Below, one piece after another: positions 43,401-52,991 of a stretch of 64,000 nucleotides of DNA. The translations under genes were made by a program, and so were the position numbers. Source of the DNA: a virus; the IMG/VR virus record IMGVR_UViG_3300046747_000551, positions 9,179 through 73,178 of that record; one strand, written 5' to 3'. Numbering within the stretch: position 1 is the first letter of the stretch; each line of letters starts with the position of its first letter. The notes below the pieces were generated by a model. That model worked only from the letters and a program-made list of their open reading frames with translations. It was not told where the DNA came from and ran no database searches.

Positions 43401-46400
43401 GACTTCAGCACAGCTTCACCGTTGCCGCCGGTTGCCACAGACTCCTGCGCGGATAGGTCGTAGATGCCTTCCTGGCCGTTCGCTTTGGCAAACGCTGCGG
43501 AGTTGTCGCGGTGTTCCTGGTCCACCAGCGCGTTGATGTCCACGCTATATTGCTGCTTGCCTTCGGCGTCAGGCGTGGCCAGTCGGAAAACGCCGGCCTT
43601 GATGTTCTCGTTCTTGAGCGTCTCCTTGAAGGGTTCTAAAGCCTTGGCTACGCCGGCCGCGGTGAACTGGTCCGCGGGCAGATTGATGCTGGTCAGCGGG
43701 ACAACGTCCAGCTTCGCGTCCGTCGGCGGCACGAACACCGAACCATCCGCGTTGAAGGTCTCGCCGTCCTTTTCTCCGTTTCGGATTGGTTCGAGCGCGG
43801 TCTCGGAAAGAAACCCGCCCTTCTTTTTGGCCAGCTCATTGCCGCGGTCCATCGCCTTCTGCGCCACCTCTGGCCCGTAGCGGCCGGCGAGGCGGTTCTG
43901 GACCTGCTCCATTGCCTTGTCGAAAGGAACGAAGTCGCCGGGATGGTTTTTCTGGTGCCAGTTGCGGATGGCGTTCTGAATGATGGGCCATTCCGACGCC
44001 GGAATGGACGAGTAGATGGTGTCCAGGTCTTCCGTCCCGAGGCGTGCCAACACTCGCTTCACCGCATCCGTTCCGCCGGCCTTCTGGAAACGCTCGATGG
44101 GCATGTTCTCCACGACCTTGGCCACCGTCTCCGGCGAAGTCCATTCGGACTTGGGAACGGTGTCGAGTTCCTTGGACAGCTCGTCGTTGTAAATGCCGGC
44201 CGCGCGTTTTCCGAGCGACGTGAATTCTTTCGGGGCCACGCCGGTCGCGGGCACGCCCTGGTGGCGGGGGCTGAACTCTTTGAACTCGCTCGCCAGACCA
44301 CGCGCGCGTTGGTTCTTTTCGATGTAGTCCGCGATGTCGTAAACGACCTTCTGGTCGGTGTAGGGCATGTTCCGAAACTGCTCGGTCGTGAGGCCTTGGT
44401 CCATCTGGCGCATGACCTGGGCATAGTCGAATTTCTGTGTCATGCCGCGAACCAGCCCCGCGTTCTGCATGTCGCCAAGCAGCGATTCGTAGGACCCCTT
44501 TTCGGGCGGGGCCTCGGGCGTCAGGAACGCCTTGGGCTCCCCACCTCCCGCGAACGGCGGCTTTGCGTCCGGGTGCGACTTACGCCAGCCGGACTCGCCA
44601 GCCGCGGAACCCTTGTCCGTCGCGGCCTCGATGGCTTCACGGAAAAATTGTGCCTTGGTCGCGTCCGCCGATGCCTTGTCCAACGCATCGAAGTTCCCGC
44701 CGCGGACTTCGGCCATCGTCGCTTGTGCGGTCTTGGATGCCGCATCCTGGGCAGCCATGAGCGTGTCCAGGTCGGCCCGGTCCTTGAGCCCGAGGCCGAG
44801 GTCATACGCGGAGCGCGTGAGCGAGCCCTGCGGCCCGAAAAATTTCTGCCACTGCTCGGGCGTGGCATCCGTGACGTCCTTGACGGTTTCGCCCACGGGC
44901 TTTTCCGGCAGATAGCCAGCGCGCGCGATGTCGGTCTGTCCGCCCTTGCCTTGCAGCTCCGGCGCGGGTTCCGCCTTCACGATGTCTGCGGCGTTGAGGC
45001 GTTCCACAACCGTGTGCAGGTCGCCCACCGGCATGCCGGCGGCGCGGAGACGATTGCGCAGCGGGTTGGTCTCTTTGACTTCCACCGGACCCCGTCCCTG
45101 GGTCGCCTTCTCGGGGTAAATAGGAATGTTGGTGCCCGGCGCGATGCGCTCAGACACGTCGCCCTGCGCGGCGCGGATTTCCTGGGCCTTGATGTTGGCC
45201 GGGAGCTGGCCCTTGACGGTGCGGGCGGTCTGGGGCGGTCCCACATCTTTGCCCTGAAGCAGATTGAGCCACTGCTCTTTCTCGGTGCCCAACTGCGTTC
45301 CTTCGCCCTTTTCGGCCGGGATGGAGACGTTGACGCCTTCGGGGCGCACGAGTTTGCCGCCACCGCCGCGGAAGCCGCGGTCCTGGTTGTCCCAGTAGGT
45401 GCGCTGGTCCGCCAAAAGCTGGTTGAGCCCTGCCGCGGTCAGCGCGCCGTTCGCATCGGTCTCCCACGGGACGGTCTCGCCGGCCGCTTTTCCCCACTGC
45501 ACGGCGCGGTCGATGTTGGAGACGACCTTGTCCACGCTGCGGGCGATGACCTGGGGTTCGCCGGTCTTGGTCTGCTCCGCGCGCGTCAAAAACTTTTCCC
45601 CGGTATGGACCTCGCGTTGGTCGGGCGGCAAGCCGCGGCCTTCCTCGACCTCGGCCGCGCGCTCGGGCTCGGTCGGTTCGTAGGTGACCTTGGGCGCCCC
45701 GGCGTGTTCCATCCGGACCCCGATGCCTTGGTCCATGGCCTGGGCCACGGTGTTCACCGCAGCCTCGTTGTCCTTGCCCTTGGACCACGACGTGAGGATA
45801 CCCGTGTTCGTGACCGCGGCACGTTTAGCAGAAGGAGCAGCCGGCGGAGTAGCTTCAGCCGGGGCCGGCGCGGGAGGGGACGCGGGCGGCGTGGCTTCGG
45901 CCGGTGCCGACGGCTGCTCAAAAAGTGGAAGTTCGCCCTGGGCGGTCGGTTCCGCGGCCGGCTTGACCGGGACCTCTACGGGCGCGGCGGGTGCCGGTGC
46001 GGGTTCGGCTGGCTGCACGGGCGGGGCAGCGGTGGCTTGCTGGGCGGCACGTTGGTCGCGTTCGGCCAGGATTTCCCCCGTGGCGTTGGCCAGCGCTTTG
46101 CGCAGGCTATACGACGGCTTCAGGTTCAACCCAGGCGTCTTGCGGCCGGCGGTCATGTCGAGCCCGAGCGCATTGCCCATGCTCACCGCGGCGTCCAGAA
46201 ACTTTTGCCGGAAGGTGGTCTTCGCCTCAGGCAGCCCCAAGGATTCCATCGGGGTGTTGTAAAGCAGGTTCGCCCAGTTGTCCGCGATGAACTCGCTGCG
46301 GACTTCCTCGGGCGTGAACGGCCGGCCGAATTGCTGTTCGTAGTGCGCCTTGAGCGCATCGAGTTCCTCGGGCGTGTAGGCCTCGCGCACGGCATCGTGC

Positions 46401-48349
46401 AGGGCTTCCCGCGCCTCGGGCGCCATGACGGACTCCAGGACGTGGGAAAATTCGTGCGGCGCGTCCGCGGACGACTTCACCAGGGTCACGCTCTCCACGT
46501 TCCCCTTGTCGTCGGCCACGTTGATTTTCGACACGCCGCGAGAGCGGGCTTCCTGCGCGACGGCCGCTTGCTGCTCTGGTGTGAGCGGCTGGCCACCGTT
46601 GGCGCGGATGGTGTCCTGTTCGATGGCCTTCTGGTAAGACGCATCATCCACCAAGAAAAGTTTCTTGCCGAACGGGCGCAGCGTCTCGCGCAGGCTGTCC
46701 ACCATGTTGCGCGCGTTCTCCGGCGTTGAGGCGGAGACGGCCTCGTGTGCAGCGTTCAGGGCCGGGAAGCCCTCGTAACCGGGCGAGGGCGTTTTCTCCC
46801 AGTTAATTTGCCCGGGGTCGAAATAGCGTTTCGCGCCGGCCTCAGCGACTGCGCCCTTGACGCCGGTCACCGCGCCGTGAACAGCTCCGCCCACCGCGCC
46901 GACACCGAGCAGCCCGCCTTGGGGCTCATCGGTGGCGAACGCGAGTGGAGCGGTTGTCGCTGCACCTTCCAGTGCGCCTACCACGGGCGGTTTGACAAAA
47001 GCTGCCGCGGTCTTCGCCGCGTTGAGGACCTTGGCTCCGGTCGTGGACTCCAGGCCGAGCGAGAGTTGCCCGGCCGGGGCCGCGCCGCCGGCTTCGCCGA
47101 CTTCGCGAATGAATTGTCCGGTCTTGCTGATAACCGGTGCGGCCAGACGCGCGGCGACCAAGGCTTTGGTGGGCACGCCGAACATGTGCAGGAACGCCCC
47201 CGTGCCGATGCCATGCGCCGAGCTGGGGAGCAGGTTCTTGATGCCCTGGCCGGTGGCCTCGATACCTTGCCCGACAACCTGGGCGGTCTTCGCGGCTGCC
47301 GTTCCGGCCGCGCGCCCGAGATAACTCAGGGCCGCGTCTGCGCCGGCTTGATTGGCTGCCGTGAAAAGGATGCGCCCGCCGGTAGAAACCGCTTTGAGCC
47401 CGACGCCCGTGCCGACGAGCGTGATGGGGTCCGTCAAGCTGAGGAGCTTGATGTTCTCCGGGTTGAGCTGCACGCCTTCGCTGACGAGATTTTTGACGCC
47501 CTCACCGCGGGAGAGTTCCTCGACCGTTTGCTTCCAGCCGAGGTCCTTGAAAAATTCGTTCTTGAGTTCCTCGTCCGATATGGTCCGCCAGTCCTTTTTC
47601 CCGTGCAAATCAAAGGCCGGTCCGACGGCTTTGCGCGCACCCTGGCGCACCATGTCCTGGAGCGAGCCCACGGCGGTCTGCGTGCCGGCGGTGGCCTCCG
47701 CAATGGCGGCTTCCTTATTGTCCTCCGACATGGTTTCCCACTGCTTGCGCAGCTCGGGGTCGCCGCCCTCACCGCGCAGCGTCATCGTGATGGTGTTAAC
47801 CAGCTTGCCGATGCCGCCGATTTCTCCGAGGTTCTCCAGCCGCGCCGGGATGGACTTCAGGATGTCCTTCAACAGCGGGACGGTGTCCTTCTTGACGGAC
47901 TCCACGGTCTTATGGAGCGTGGCTCCCTGGGCCTGCTGCTCGCGATAAGTGTCGAGCGCCTTTTGATAGCGCTTCGGGTCCTTGAAAACGTCGGGATTCT
48001 GCGAGACGAAGTCGTGGATTTTGAAGTTCGGGTCCGCCGCCAAGTCCTGGGGTGTGCGTTCATCCAGGGCGTCGGCCTTGCGCTCCCCGGCAAAAGGGTC
48101 GTGGACCTGTTGCTCGCCGTGGAAGGGGTCAACCTGCTTCTCTCCGGCAAACGGGTCCGCCGGCTTGACGGCTTCTTTTTCCCCAGGCGCGAGCGGCGGC
48201 GGTTCGATGCCCTTCGCAGCGAAAGCCGCGCGCATCTTTGCGTGTTCCGCGGCCAGCGCTTCGGGCGTTAGAACGCCCGGCTGTTCCGCTGGAGTGAGTG
48301 GGATGTCCGTGAACGGCTGCCCCTCCGACAGGTCTTGGACGACTGGCAT
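40466..48349 (-). CDS. Giant (2627 aa) probable internal virion / DNA-ejection polyvalent protein
   Basis: Position after GNAT and smaller internal proteins as in podoviruses; Ala/Gly-rich hydrophobic N-terminal part; HEFSH zincin motif; modular C-terminal half with repeated GYLP-type linkers. Confidence 0.75.
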   Translation of the reverse strand: MPVVQDLSEGQPFTDIPLTPAEQPGVLTPEALAAEHAKMRAAFAAKGIEPPPLAPGEKEAVKPADPFAGEKQVDPFHGEQQVHDPFAGERKADALDERTPQDLAADPNFKIHDFVSQNPDVFKDPKRYQKALDTYREQQAQGATLHKTVESVKKDTVPLLKDILKSIPARLENLGEIGGIGKLVNTITMTLRGEGGDPELRKQWETMSEDNKEAAIAEATAGTQTAVGSLQDMVRQGARKAVGPAFDLHGKKDWRTISDEELKNEFFKDLGWKQTVEELSRGEGVKNLVSEGVQLNPENIKLLSLTDPITLVGTGVGLKAVSTGGRILFTAANQAGADAALSYLGRAAGTAAAKTAQVVGQGIEATGQGIKNLLPSSAHGIGTGAFLHMFGVPTKALVAARLAAPVISKTGQFIREVGEAGGAAPAGQLSLGLESTTGAKVLNAAKTAAAFVKPPVVGALEGAATTAPLAFATDEPQGGLLGVGAVGGAVHGAVTGVKGAVAEAGAKRYFDPGQINWEKTPSPGYEGFPALNAAHEAVSASTPENARNMVDSLRETLRPFGKKLFLVDDASYQKAIEQDTIRANGGQPLTPEQQAAVAQEARSRGVSKINVADDKGNVESVTLVKSSADAPHEFSHVLESVMAPEAREALHDAVREAYTPEELDALKAHYEQQFGRPFTPEEVRSEFIADNWANLLYNTPMESLGLPEAKTTFRQKFLDAAVSMGNALGLDMTAGRKTPGLNLKPSYSLRKALANATGEILAERDQRAAQQATAAPPVQPAEPAPAPAAPVEVPVKPAAEPTAQGELPLFEQPSAPAEATPPASPPAPAPAEATPPAAPSAKRAAVTNTGILTSWSKGKDNEAAVNTVAQAMDQGIGVRMEHAGAPKVTYEPTEPERAAEVEEGRGLPPDQREVHTGEKFLTRAEQTKTGEPQVIARSVDKVVSNIDRAVQWGKAAGETVPWETDANGALTAAGLNQLLADQRTYWDNQDRGFRGGGGKLVRPEGVNVSIPAEKGEGTQLGTEKEQWLNLLQGKDVGPPQTARTVKGQLPANIKAQEIRAAQGDVSERIAPGTNIPIYPEKATQGRGPVEVKETNPLRNRLRAAGMPVGDLHTVVERLNAADIVKAEPAPELQGKGGQTDIARAGYLPEKPVGETVKDVTDATPEQWQKFFGPQGSLTRSAYDLGLGLKDRADLDTLMAAQDAASKTAQATMAEVRGGNFDALDKASADATKAQFFREAIEAATDKGSAAGESGWRKSHPDAKPPFAGGGEPKAFLTPEAPPEKGSYESLLGDMQNAGLVRGMTQKFDYAQVMRQMDQGLTTEQFRNMPYTDQKVVYDIADYIEKNQRARGLASEFKEFSPRHQGVPATGVAPKEFTSLGKRAAGIYNDELSKELDTVPKSEWTSPETVAKVVENMPIERFQKAGGTDAVKRVLARLGTEDLDTIYSSIPASEWPIIQNAIRNWHQKNHPGDFVPFDKAMEQVQNRLAGRYGPEVAQKAMDRGNELAKKKGGFLSETALEPIRNGEKDGETFNADGSVFVPPTDAKLDVVPLTSINLPADQFTAAGVAKALEPFKETLKNENIKAGVFRLATPDAEGKQQYSVDINALVDQEHRDNSAAFAKANGQEGIYDLSAQESVATGGNGEAVLKSPAEVAKAAEALARGENPLTPGEADVKPLDDRWHVVWKPRAEGKTTLRQTVHAASAEEAQQKAGVPEGAHIVSTEPVYAPGMRRAGYLPAPADFKEPAPKKPTVDEKELHDGEVVGAAWVLPNGKWKSVESAYYHDDAATKMSQMTGLGESPTLEFQHQTGSLRVTNADSPRAVEEFGNSAMNVSFSRKPTSAQKNVILSSLDQVALEGEPYYSMFHADVHDLNGNVLASTSLPWPADRGKVARFLTDPFGEEFSKAPAVKVENYGGMDILEGTKQQLREAIFSRDFEESVRKAKPEYLTVIEVDSPANKERVAMKAFRRIGTYDSIVRQLRENGALDTLKPVEREEDFGGPTESDVRPTGEPRQWKVTWKPGETSKDTFSQTIEGATADEAVKKLVLKTGKLISVDEVKPGERGGYLPKKRAPKEEEPNPYEKYNVPASQKPKGDKPTGWVLPNGEYVPLDTDYHQTWLGENADQLNKQFGTSFSDTANIQDRQDAINKGFIRAREYNGNLTVEANQKFFKGKAKQAIETLLTDHAENLDRAQINLLNDDGQVVDQVAARLFDAEDPRGAAMDMLDRVKPEAQARKGGPSGIQIARSRGGYLPENIPPQGTPGFNDYAESLVAKAKSFPEVLAPELRRDKAGNVRAAWDGEPLFAAQEWDLFNTPLAKKSGSVDAFTTDLSKKMEEEYNSIKDRPELKGAEQWYELCRTKLREVLKTPEDIKLFGELLGATSPQQKVAPNFSDAVAAFNQIKSGAYDDMVAKYREGKAKFAAKDPEAMADFQKEASASAVKSGQLSDFLYWWADKHDLVPKKANGAKYGMNSRAVMKVLDGTWMESVEGPKTPSFTGNLIGLWFKGIVDKWAMRTMTRLSSEGQPWRIIHQAETGISNPEYFAGEKAFQEAADRIGIKPDALQAILWVNEQRLWEENGWARAGAQHGATYQGLLEHTTKTPEGKLEFTPPKPPKKVKSKVAKIVESQ

Positions 48350-48352
48350 AAA

Positions 48353-49702
48353 TTAGCGGGCTTCGACTGGCAACACCGGGATATCGGCTTCTGATGGGGC
48401 GGGCGCCGGCTCCGCAGCGGGAGCCGGAGCGGCAGGCAGGTTGCCCTTGTATTTTCGGTTCACGAATTTGCGACCGTCCGGCGACATGTAAAACTCTGCG
48501 TCGTCGGGGGCCTCGGCCGGCGAGTTGACGACCGGGATTTGCTTCACGAGAGACGCCCCCGTGCCAGCTGCGGGCGCGGTGGCTGCGGGAGTCGCCGTCG
48601 GCGTCGCCGCGGTGAGGACCGCCGGAGCCGGGGGGACTGTGGCAGCCCCCGGGCGCTTGGTCACTGCATCTCGGTTTGGAAGCTGAACAAAGTTTTTCCC
48701 GTTGAGCACGTTCATTTCCTCATCCGTGAGGACCTCGTCCAGGTCGTTTCCGATATTCTGTTTCTCGGCGCGCTTCTGGATGAATTTGTAGTGGTCGCGG
48801 GAATCCTCGGACACGGCTTGGTTGTATTGCTGAAAAGCCTGCGCCATCTGGCGACGGTCGTTCTCCGTGAGAATTGCGCCGGCGGGAAGCTGGTCCCGGT
48901 TCGGCAGCGTCATAAAGTTGTCCAGCTTTTTCTTGAGCTGCTCGGCGAACGGCGTTTGCTTCTGCACGAAGTCAATCATCGATGGACGAATGACGGCCGA
49001 GGGATTCGCGGCCTTCAAAAAGGAATCGATGAGCAGTCCGTCCTCGGCGTTTGACGGCGTGGGATTCGACAGCACGTTGCGCGCGACGCGGAGCGCACCG
49101 AGAGCGGTATCAAGCCCGCGCTCGTGATTCTTCTTGTCCTTCTGCTGGACCAGTTCATCAATCGCCTTGGGCGCATTCGGCGCGGCGGATTCTACCGTGC
49201 GGACGGGGCCGACCGCGCGCCCTTCCTTGGTCATCATCTGACCCGTGATGGTTTTCTGGCCAGAGGGAAGGACCGTCGTCGTGGTGTGCTCGGTCGCGCT
49301 AAGCGACATCGCGCGCGCATGTTCGCGCTCCTCCTTGGCCTGGGTCGCGAGCAAAATGTTCTTGAGCGCTGCGGGGCGGTCAACCGTGCCGTCCGGCTTC
49401 GTGGGCAGCTCGTAGCCTTCGTGCGCGGCGACCTGGGCATGCACCTTGGCCACTTCTTCGTTGGAGCCGCCACTGAGCAGGTTAGTATATTCCTGGCGGG
49501 CCTTCAACGCAGCGTTGCGTTGCAGGGCGGGAGACAGCTTGCGCTCGTCCAGCGCCTTTTGCGCCTGCAACTCGTGAATCAAGTCCTCCGCGTCCCATGA
49601 ATTGAGCAACTGATGCGTGGGCATCTTCGCATACTTCGCCCGGGCCTGCTCGTAGTAGGCCTTGTATTGCGGGTCGTTTCGGTCCACATGCGTCGTCGGC
49701 AT
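48353..49702 (-). CDS. Probable internal virion (ejection) protein
   Basis: Helical Q/A/K-rich ORF immediately upstream of the giant gene; start MPTTHVD preceded by ATTTT. Confidence 0.55.
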   Translation of the reverse strand: MPTTHVDRNDPQYKAYYEQARAKYAKMPTHQLLNSWDAEDLIHELQAQKALDERKLSPALQRNAALKARQEYTNLLSGGSNEEVAKVHAQVAAHEGYELPTKPDGTVDRPAALKNILLATQAKEEREHARAMSLSATEHTTTTVLPSGQKTITGQMMTKEGRAVGPVRTVESAAPNAPKAIDELVQQKDKKNHERGLDTALGALRVARNVLSNPTPSNAEDGLLIDSFLKAANPSAVIRPSMIDFVQKQTPFAEQLKKKLDNFMTLPNRDQLPAGAILTENDRRQMAQAFQQYNQAVSEDSRDHYKFIQKRAEKQNIGNDLDEVLTDEEMNVLNGKNFVQLPNRDAVTKRPGAATVPPAPAVLTAATPTATPAATAPAAGTGASLVKQIPVVNSPAEAPDDAEFYMSPDGRKFVNRKYKGNLPAAPAPAAEPAPAPSEADIPVLPVEAR

Positions 49703-49706
49703 AAAA

Positions 49707-50150
49707 TCAGTCACCAGTGTCCACCAGATAAATCTCGCCGGTGCTTGGCGGGGCAATCGCGGTAGGAATCGCGTTCCCGTATTGGTCCGTCGTGCCAGTG
49801 ATTCCGCTCACCCCGCCGCCGGGCGGGGGTCCGAAGTTCGGGCCACCGAGTCCACCACCGGAAGCAGCGGGCGTGACGGGTGCGCCGGAGCTGTCGCGCG
49901 GGAGGGATTCCTCTTCGGAGCTGTTGTTGTTGAACAAATTTCGGTCGCGGGATTCCTTGGTCCGCGCGTCTTTGTCCGCTTGGTCCTTCAGGGCTTTTTG
50001 GCGCTTCTGTTCGTCCGTGTTTTGCTGCGTCTGGGCACCCCCGCCCGCCTGCGCGAGGTGCATGTTGTTAATCGCCTGCGTCAGCGACATCGCGGCGAAA
50101 GTCTTCGCGTCGGAATTAACTGGGACGATTGGAATATCGAGGGCAGCCAT
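49707..50150 (-). CDS. Probable internal virion protein
   Basis: Low-complexity ORF in the ejection cluster. Confidence 0.5.
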   Translation of the reverse strand: MAALDIPIVPVNSDAKTFAAMSLTQAINNMHLAQAGGGAQTQQNTDEQKRQKALKDQADKDARTKESRDRNLFNNNSSEEESLPRDSSGAPVTPAASGGGLGGPNFGPPPGGGVSGITGTTDQYGNAIPTAIAPPSTGEIYLVDTGD

Positions 50151-50151
50151 A

Positions 50152-51408
50152 TTACGCGGTCGCAGTTTTCATCTGTTTGATTTGACGGACCAGCGCCTTC
50201 ACACTGGCGAGCGCGACGCCAATCGCGTCCACGATGGGAATCGTTTTCGCGTCGCCCTGGCCGCTGCCAAAAAGCACGTCCCAGTCCTGGGCCATGGGTC
50301 CGGTGTGTCGGCCCGCCGGCACGCCTTCGATGTCCTTCTTGTATTCCCAGTTCGAGACCGGGAGCCGGGACACCTTGTCGAGAATTTTCTCGTCGTCCAC
50401 TTCGTGGATGTTTTCCTTGGCGTTTTTGTCGGAGAGCATCGACATGATGCCGCCCATGGCGCCCTGGGACGCTTGGCTTCCGCCACCGCCGCCCGTGCCG
50501 CCTGCGCCGCCGTAGGCACCCGAGGCGGTGCCGCCCCAGTTGCCAACCGACTGGTTCAACGCCGTGTCGCGGATGCGCGCGAATTCGAGCGCCTTCCACG
50601 AGTTCAGGTTGGCCTTCTGCATCGCGATGTCGCGCTGCGCCGTGCGGCCGGAGAGGTCGAGGTTCAACGTCTCGCGACCGGTGAGGCCCGTGCCCGTCCC
50701 GGCTTCGGTCGAGTTGGCCAACTGGAAAATGCCCGCGGCCCGGCCGAGGTTGGACTGCTCCGAGGATTGAATCGTCGGGAAAATCGAGCCGAGAATCTTC
50801 GCCCGGGACTCGGTCATCGCCTGCGCGGTGCCGGCCAGCTGAGACGCCTCCAGGTTGCGGGCCTGCCGCAGCTTTTCGCCCGCGCTGCCGAGCACGTTCG
50901 AAACTACGCCGCCCACGGACCGCTCACCCGGCTTTATGCCCGCTTGCGCGGCCGCTCCCACACCGGCGCGGACCAGCTCGGCCTGATACTCCGGCGGCAG
51001 ACTGCCGCCCAGCTGGAGAAGGTCGTTCGCTTTCTGGATGACGGTGTCCTTGAGTTTCTTCAACTCCGGATTTTGGTCGATGTTCTCGCTGAAAAGCTGC
51101 TTGGCGACCCGCGTGGATTCGAGCGAGGAGGCCGGCGTCTGGGCCTGCGCGAGGAGGTCCTTGCGCGCCTGCTGCCCGGCCGCATACATCTCCGGCTCGT
51201 ATTGCTTCTGTAGCGCGACGCGGCGGTCCAGGTAGCCCTTGTCGTATTGCTGGACGAGGTTGGTGATGCGCTCGATGTTGTAGTCCTGCGACAGCGCGTC
51301 GCGCTGGGCATTGAGGCCATTACGCTGTGCCGCGTAAGCCTCGTTCATCGCCTTTTCGTCGGTGAATCTTTCAGCGATACTTGCGGCAGTTCCTAATACA
51401 GCTCCCAT
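50152..51408 (-). CDS. Probable internal virion protein with C-terminal peptidase S74 (intramolecular chaperone) domain
   Basis: Q/A-rich helical body, Gly-rich linker, then SDKNAKENI...ILDKV..LPV..W.YK...H.GPMAQD...LASVKAL..QI. Confidence 0.75.
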   Translation of the reverse strand: MGAVLGTAASIAERFTDEKAMNEAYAAQRNGLNAQRDALSQDYNIERITNLVQQYDKGYLDRRVALQKQYEPEMYAAGQQARKDLLAQAQTPASSLESTRVAKQLFSENIDQNPELKKLKDTVIQKANDLLQLGGSLPPEYQAELVRAGVGAAAQAGIKPGERSVGGVVSNVLGSAGEKLRQARNLEASQLAGTAQAMTESRAKILGSIFPTIQSSEQSNLGRAAGIFQLANSTEAGTGTGLTGRETLNLDLSGRTAQRDIAMQKANLNSWKALEFARIRDTALNQSVGNWGGTASGAYGGAGGTGGGGGSQASQGAMGGIMSMLSDKNAKENIHEVDDEKILDKVSRLPVSNWEYKKDIEGVPAGRHTGPMAQDWDVLFGSGQGDAKTIPIVDAIGVALASVKALVRQIKQMKTATA

Positions 51409-51411
51409 AAA

Positions 51412-51888
51412 TTAAAGTCGTTTCCGAAAACCTAGCTCGGCCACTTCGTAGCCGCGCTTTTCAAAGATTGCTTTCCCGCCGTCCTCATCGATGGTGAACA
51501 TGTGACCATGGACAATGGAAGTGCAGCCGTGCTGCCGGGCGTCTTCCTCCGCGAAGTCCAGCAAGGTCCGGCCGATTCCCCGTCCCCGGGCCTCCGGAAC
51601 CACGTAGAGAAAAGTCATGGTGGCGGTCATCTCACCGTTGAACGTGTCTGGGCAGTAGTTCGTCCCCACAAGCCCCTCAGGTCCACCTGAGCCGATGAAC
51701 CAGTTCGCCGCCGTTATGGTCCCGGCGTTTTTCGAGATGAGCGAAGACCAGAGGCGGGACAGCGTTCGCATGTCCAGCTGACCGGGGTATTTCACCTCGT
51801 CGAAATAGCGCTGGAACAGCGGGCGGAGCAGGTAGAGCCCTTCCGGGATTACCTTCACCAAAGTCGTCACTTTTTCAGTTGCGGTCAT
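51412..51888 (-). CDS. GNAT acetyltransferase
   Basis: FLYVVPEARGRGIGRTLL..AE..AR..GC ... FEKRGY. Confidence 0.9.
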   Translation of the reverse strand: MTATEKVTTLVKVIPEGLYLLRPLFQRYFDEVKYPGQLDMRTLSRLWSSLISKNAGTITAANWFIGSGGPEGLVGTNYCPDTFNGEMTATMTFLYVVPEARGRGIGRTLLDFAEEDARQHGCTSIVHGHMFTIDEDGGKAIFEKRGYEVAELGFRKRL

Positions 51889-51908
51889 CTACTATTAAGT
51901 GTTCCGAA

Positions 51909-52988
51909 TCAGTCCTTTGTCAAGTGCCAAAGGAACACCGTTGGCTGGATGGTATTGTGACCGACAGCCGCCGCGGTGTAGTGCGGGGCCTTCTCCAGGG
52001 TGAACTGCCGGCTGGTCATCAGCTGCGTGCCGGTCGGGCCGAGGGTCACCCCCGTCTGGCTGCCGTTCGGCGCGGAGTGCCCCGTGCGGGCGGTCTGGCT
52101 GTTCGGGGGCGTCGGCACCGGGATGCCCGCCGTCTGGATTTCCGTGTCGGCGTCTTCCACCCGGAAGAAAACGACGTTCGCCTGGGTCGAGTTCAGGAGC
52201 GACGCGTGCCCAATCATGTGCGAGTGCTGCTCAATTTCGAGCGAGGACAGCACATGGTTCTCTTCGCCGAAGGTGTCGCCAGCTCCGCGCTGGGTGATGC
52301 CGGACGGCACGGACACCGCCGATTCTGGCGAGCCGCCGGAATCCTTGGCTGCCTGGGCAATGGTCCGGCCGCGCCGGGACTCGTCGTTCTCATAGAGGAG
52401 CGACCAGCCCGGGTTGCGGGTGAGAACGGTCGTCAGCACGTCGCCCGTGACGGCCTTGACGTCGCCCGGCGAGCCCGATACCGTGCGCCACGCGCTGCGT
52501 TCCCAATGAATCAGACAGTTGATGTCCGAGTCGAAATACTGCTCCAGGTCCAACGGGTCCGTCGGCCGGTTGGTCGTTCCGCCGTTGTTCGGCACGCTGG
52601 GCGCCGGCTCCCACGAGTTTCCGTCCCAGCCATACCAGCCGATGGGCCGGTTGCCGACGGACCGGAACCAGATGAGCGGGTCGTTCGTGCCCGGCTGGCC
52701 CGGGTCGTTCGGCCCGATGAACGCGAACGCGCTCAGCGAGTCGGAGATGTCCAGCGGGACGTAGTGCCCAACGTTGATGTCGAACACGTAGAGCTTCGTG
52801 CCGTTTTTGAACCACGGGCCGGAGTTGCTCGCGGGCTCCACGTCGCCGATGACGAAAAAGTTCGTGCCGACCGGGGACTGGATGTCCTGCCGTTCGAGCA
52901 TGGCGGCAAATAGCTCCTGCGGCGTGCCCTCGAAGTCCGGCGGCAGCTGCGACGCGACGATGACGAGATTGGTTTTCTGAAGGGGCAT
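51909..52988 (-). CDS. Tail fibre / collar-like protein
   Basis: GDTFGEENHVL...EI..HSH and HNTIQPTV.L..L.K motifs typical of tail-collar / short-fibre proteins. Confidence 0.6.
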   Translation of the reverse strand: MPLQKTNLVIVASQLPPDFEGTPQELFAAMLERQDIQSPVGTNFFVIGDVEPASNSGPWFKNGTKLYVFDINVGHYVPLDISDSLSAFAFIGPNDPGQPGTNDPLIWFRSVGNRPIGWYGWDGNSWEPAPSVPNNGGTTNRPTDPLDLEQYFDSDINCLIHWERSAWRTVSGSPGDVKAVTGDVLTTVLTRNPGWSLLYENDESRRGRTIAQAAKDSGGSPESAVSVPSGITQRGAGDTFGEENHVLSSLEIEQHSHMIGHASLLNSTQANVVFFRVEDADTEIQTAGIPVPTPPNSQTARTGHSAPNGSQTGVTLGPTGTQLMTSRQFTLEKAPHYTAAAVGHNTIQPTVFLWHLTKD

Positions 52989-52991
52989 AAA

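Noticed and set aside
43943-46729. 928-aa plus-strand ORF and other long antisense ORFs (e.g. 41621-43456, 46745-48271, 49741-51213, 27942-29372, 24836-26146)
   Set aside because: Shadow frames opposite clear genes; expected with high GC at third codon positions, and they carry no motifs
40466-48349. Giant protein as a virion RNA polymerase (N4- or crAss-like)
   Set aside because: No DxDGD-type or T7-type polymerase catalytic motifs recognised; the phage encodes a sigma factor instead
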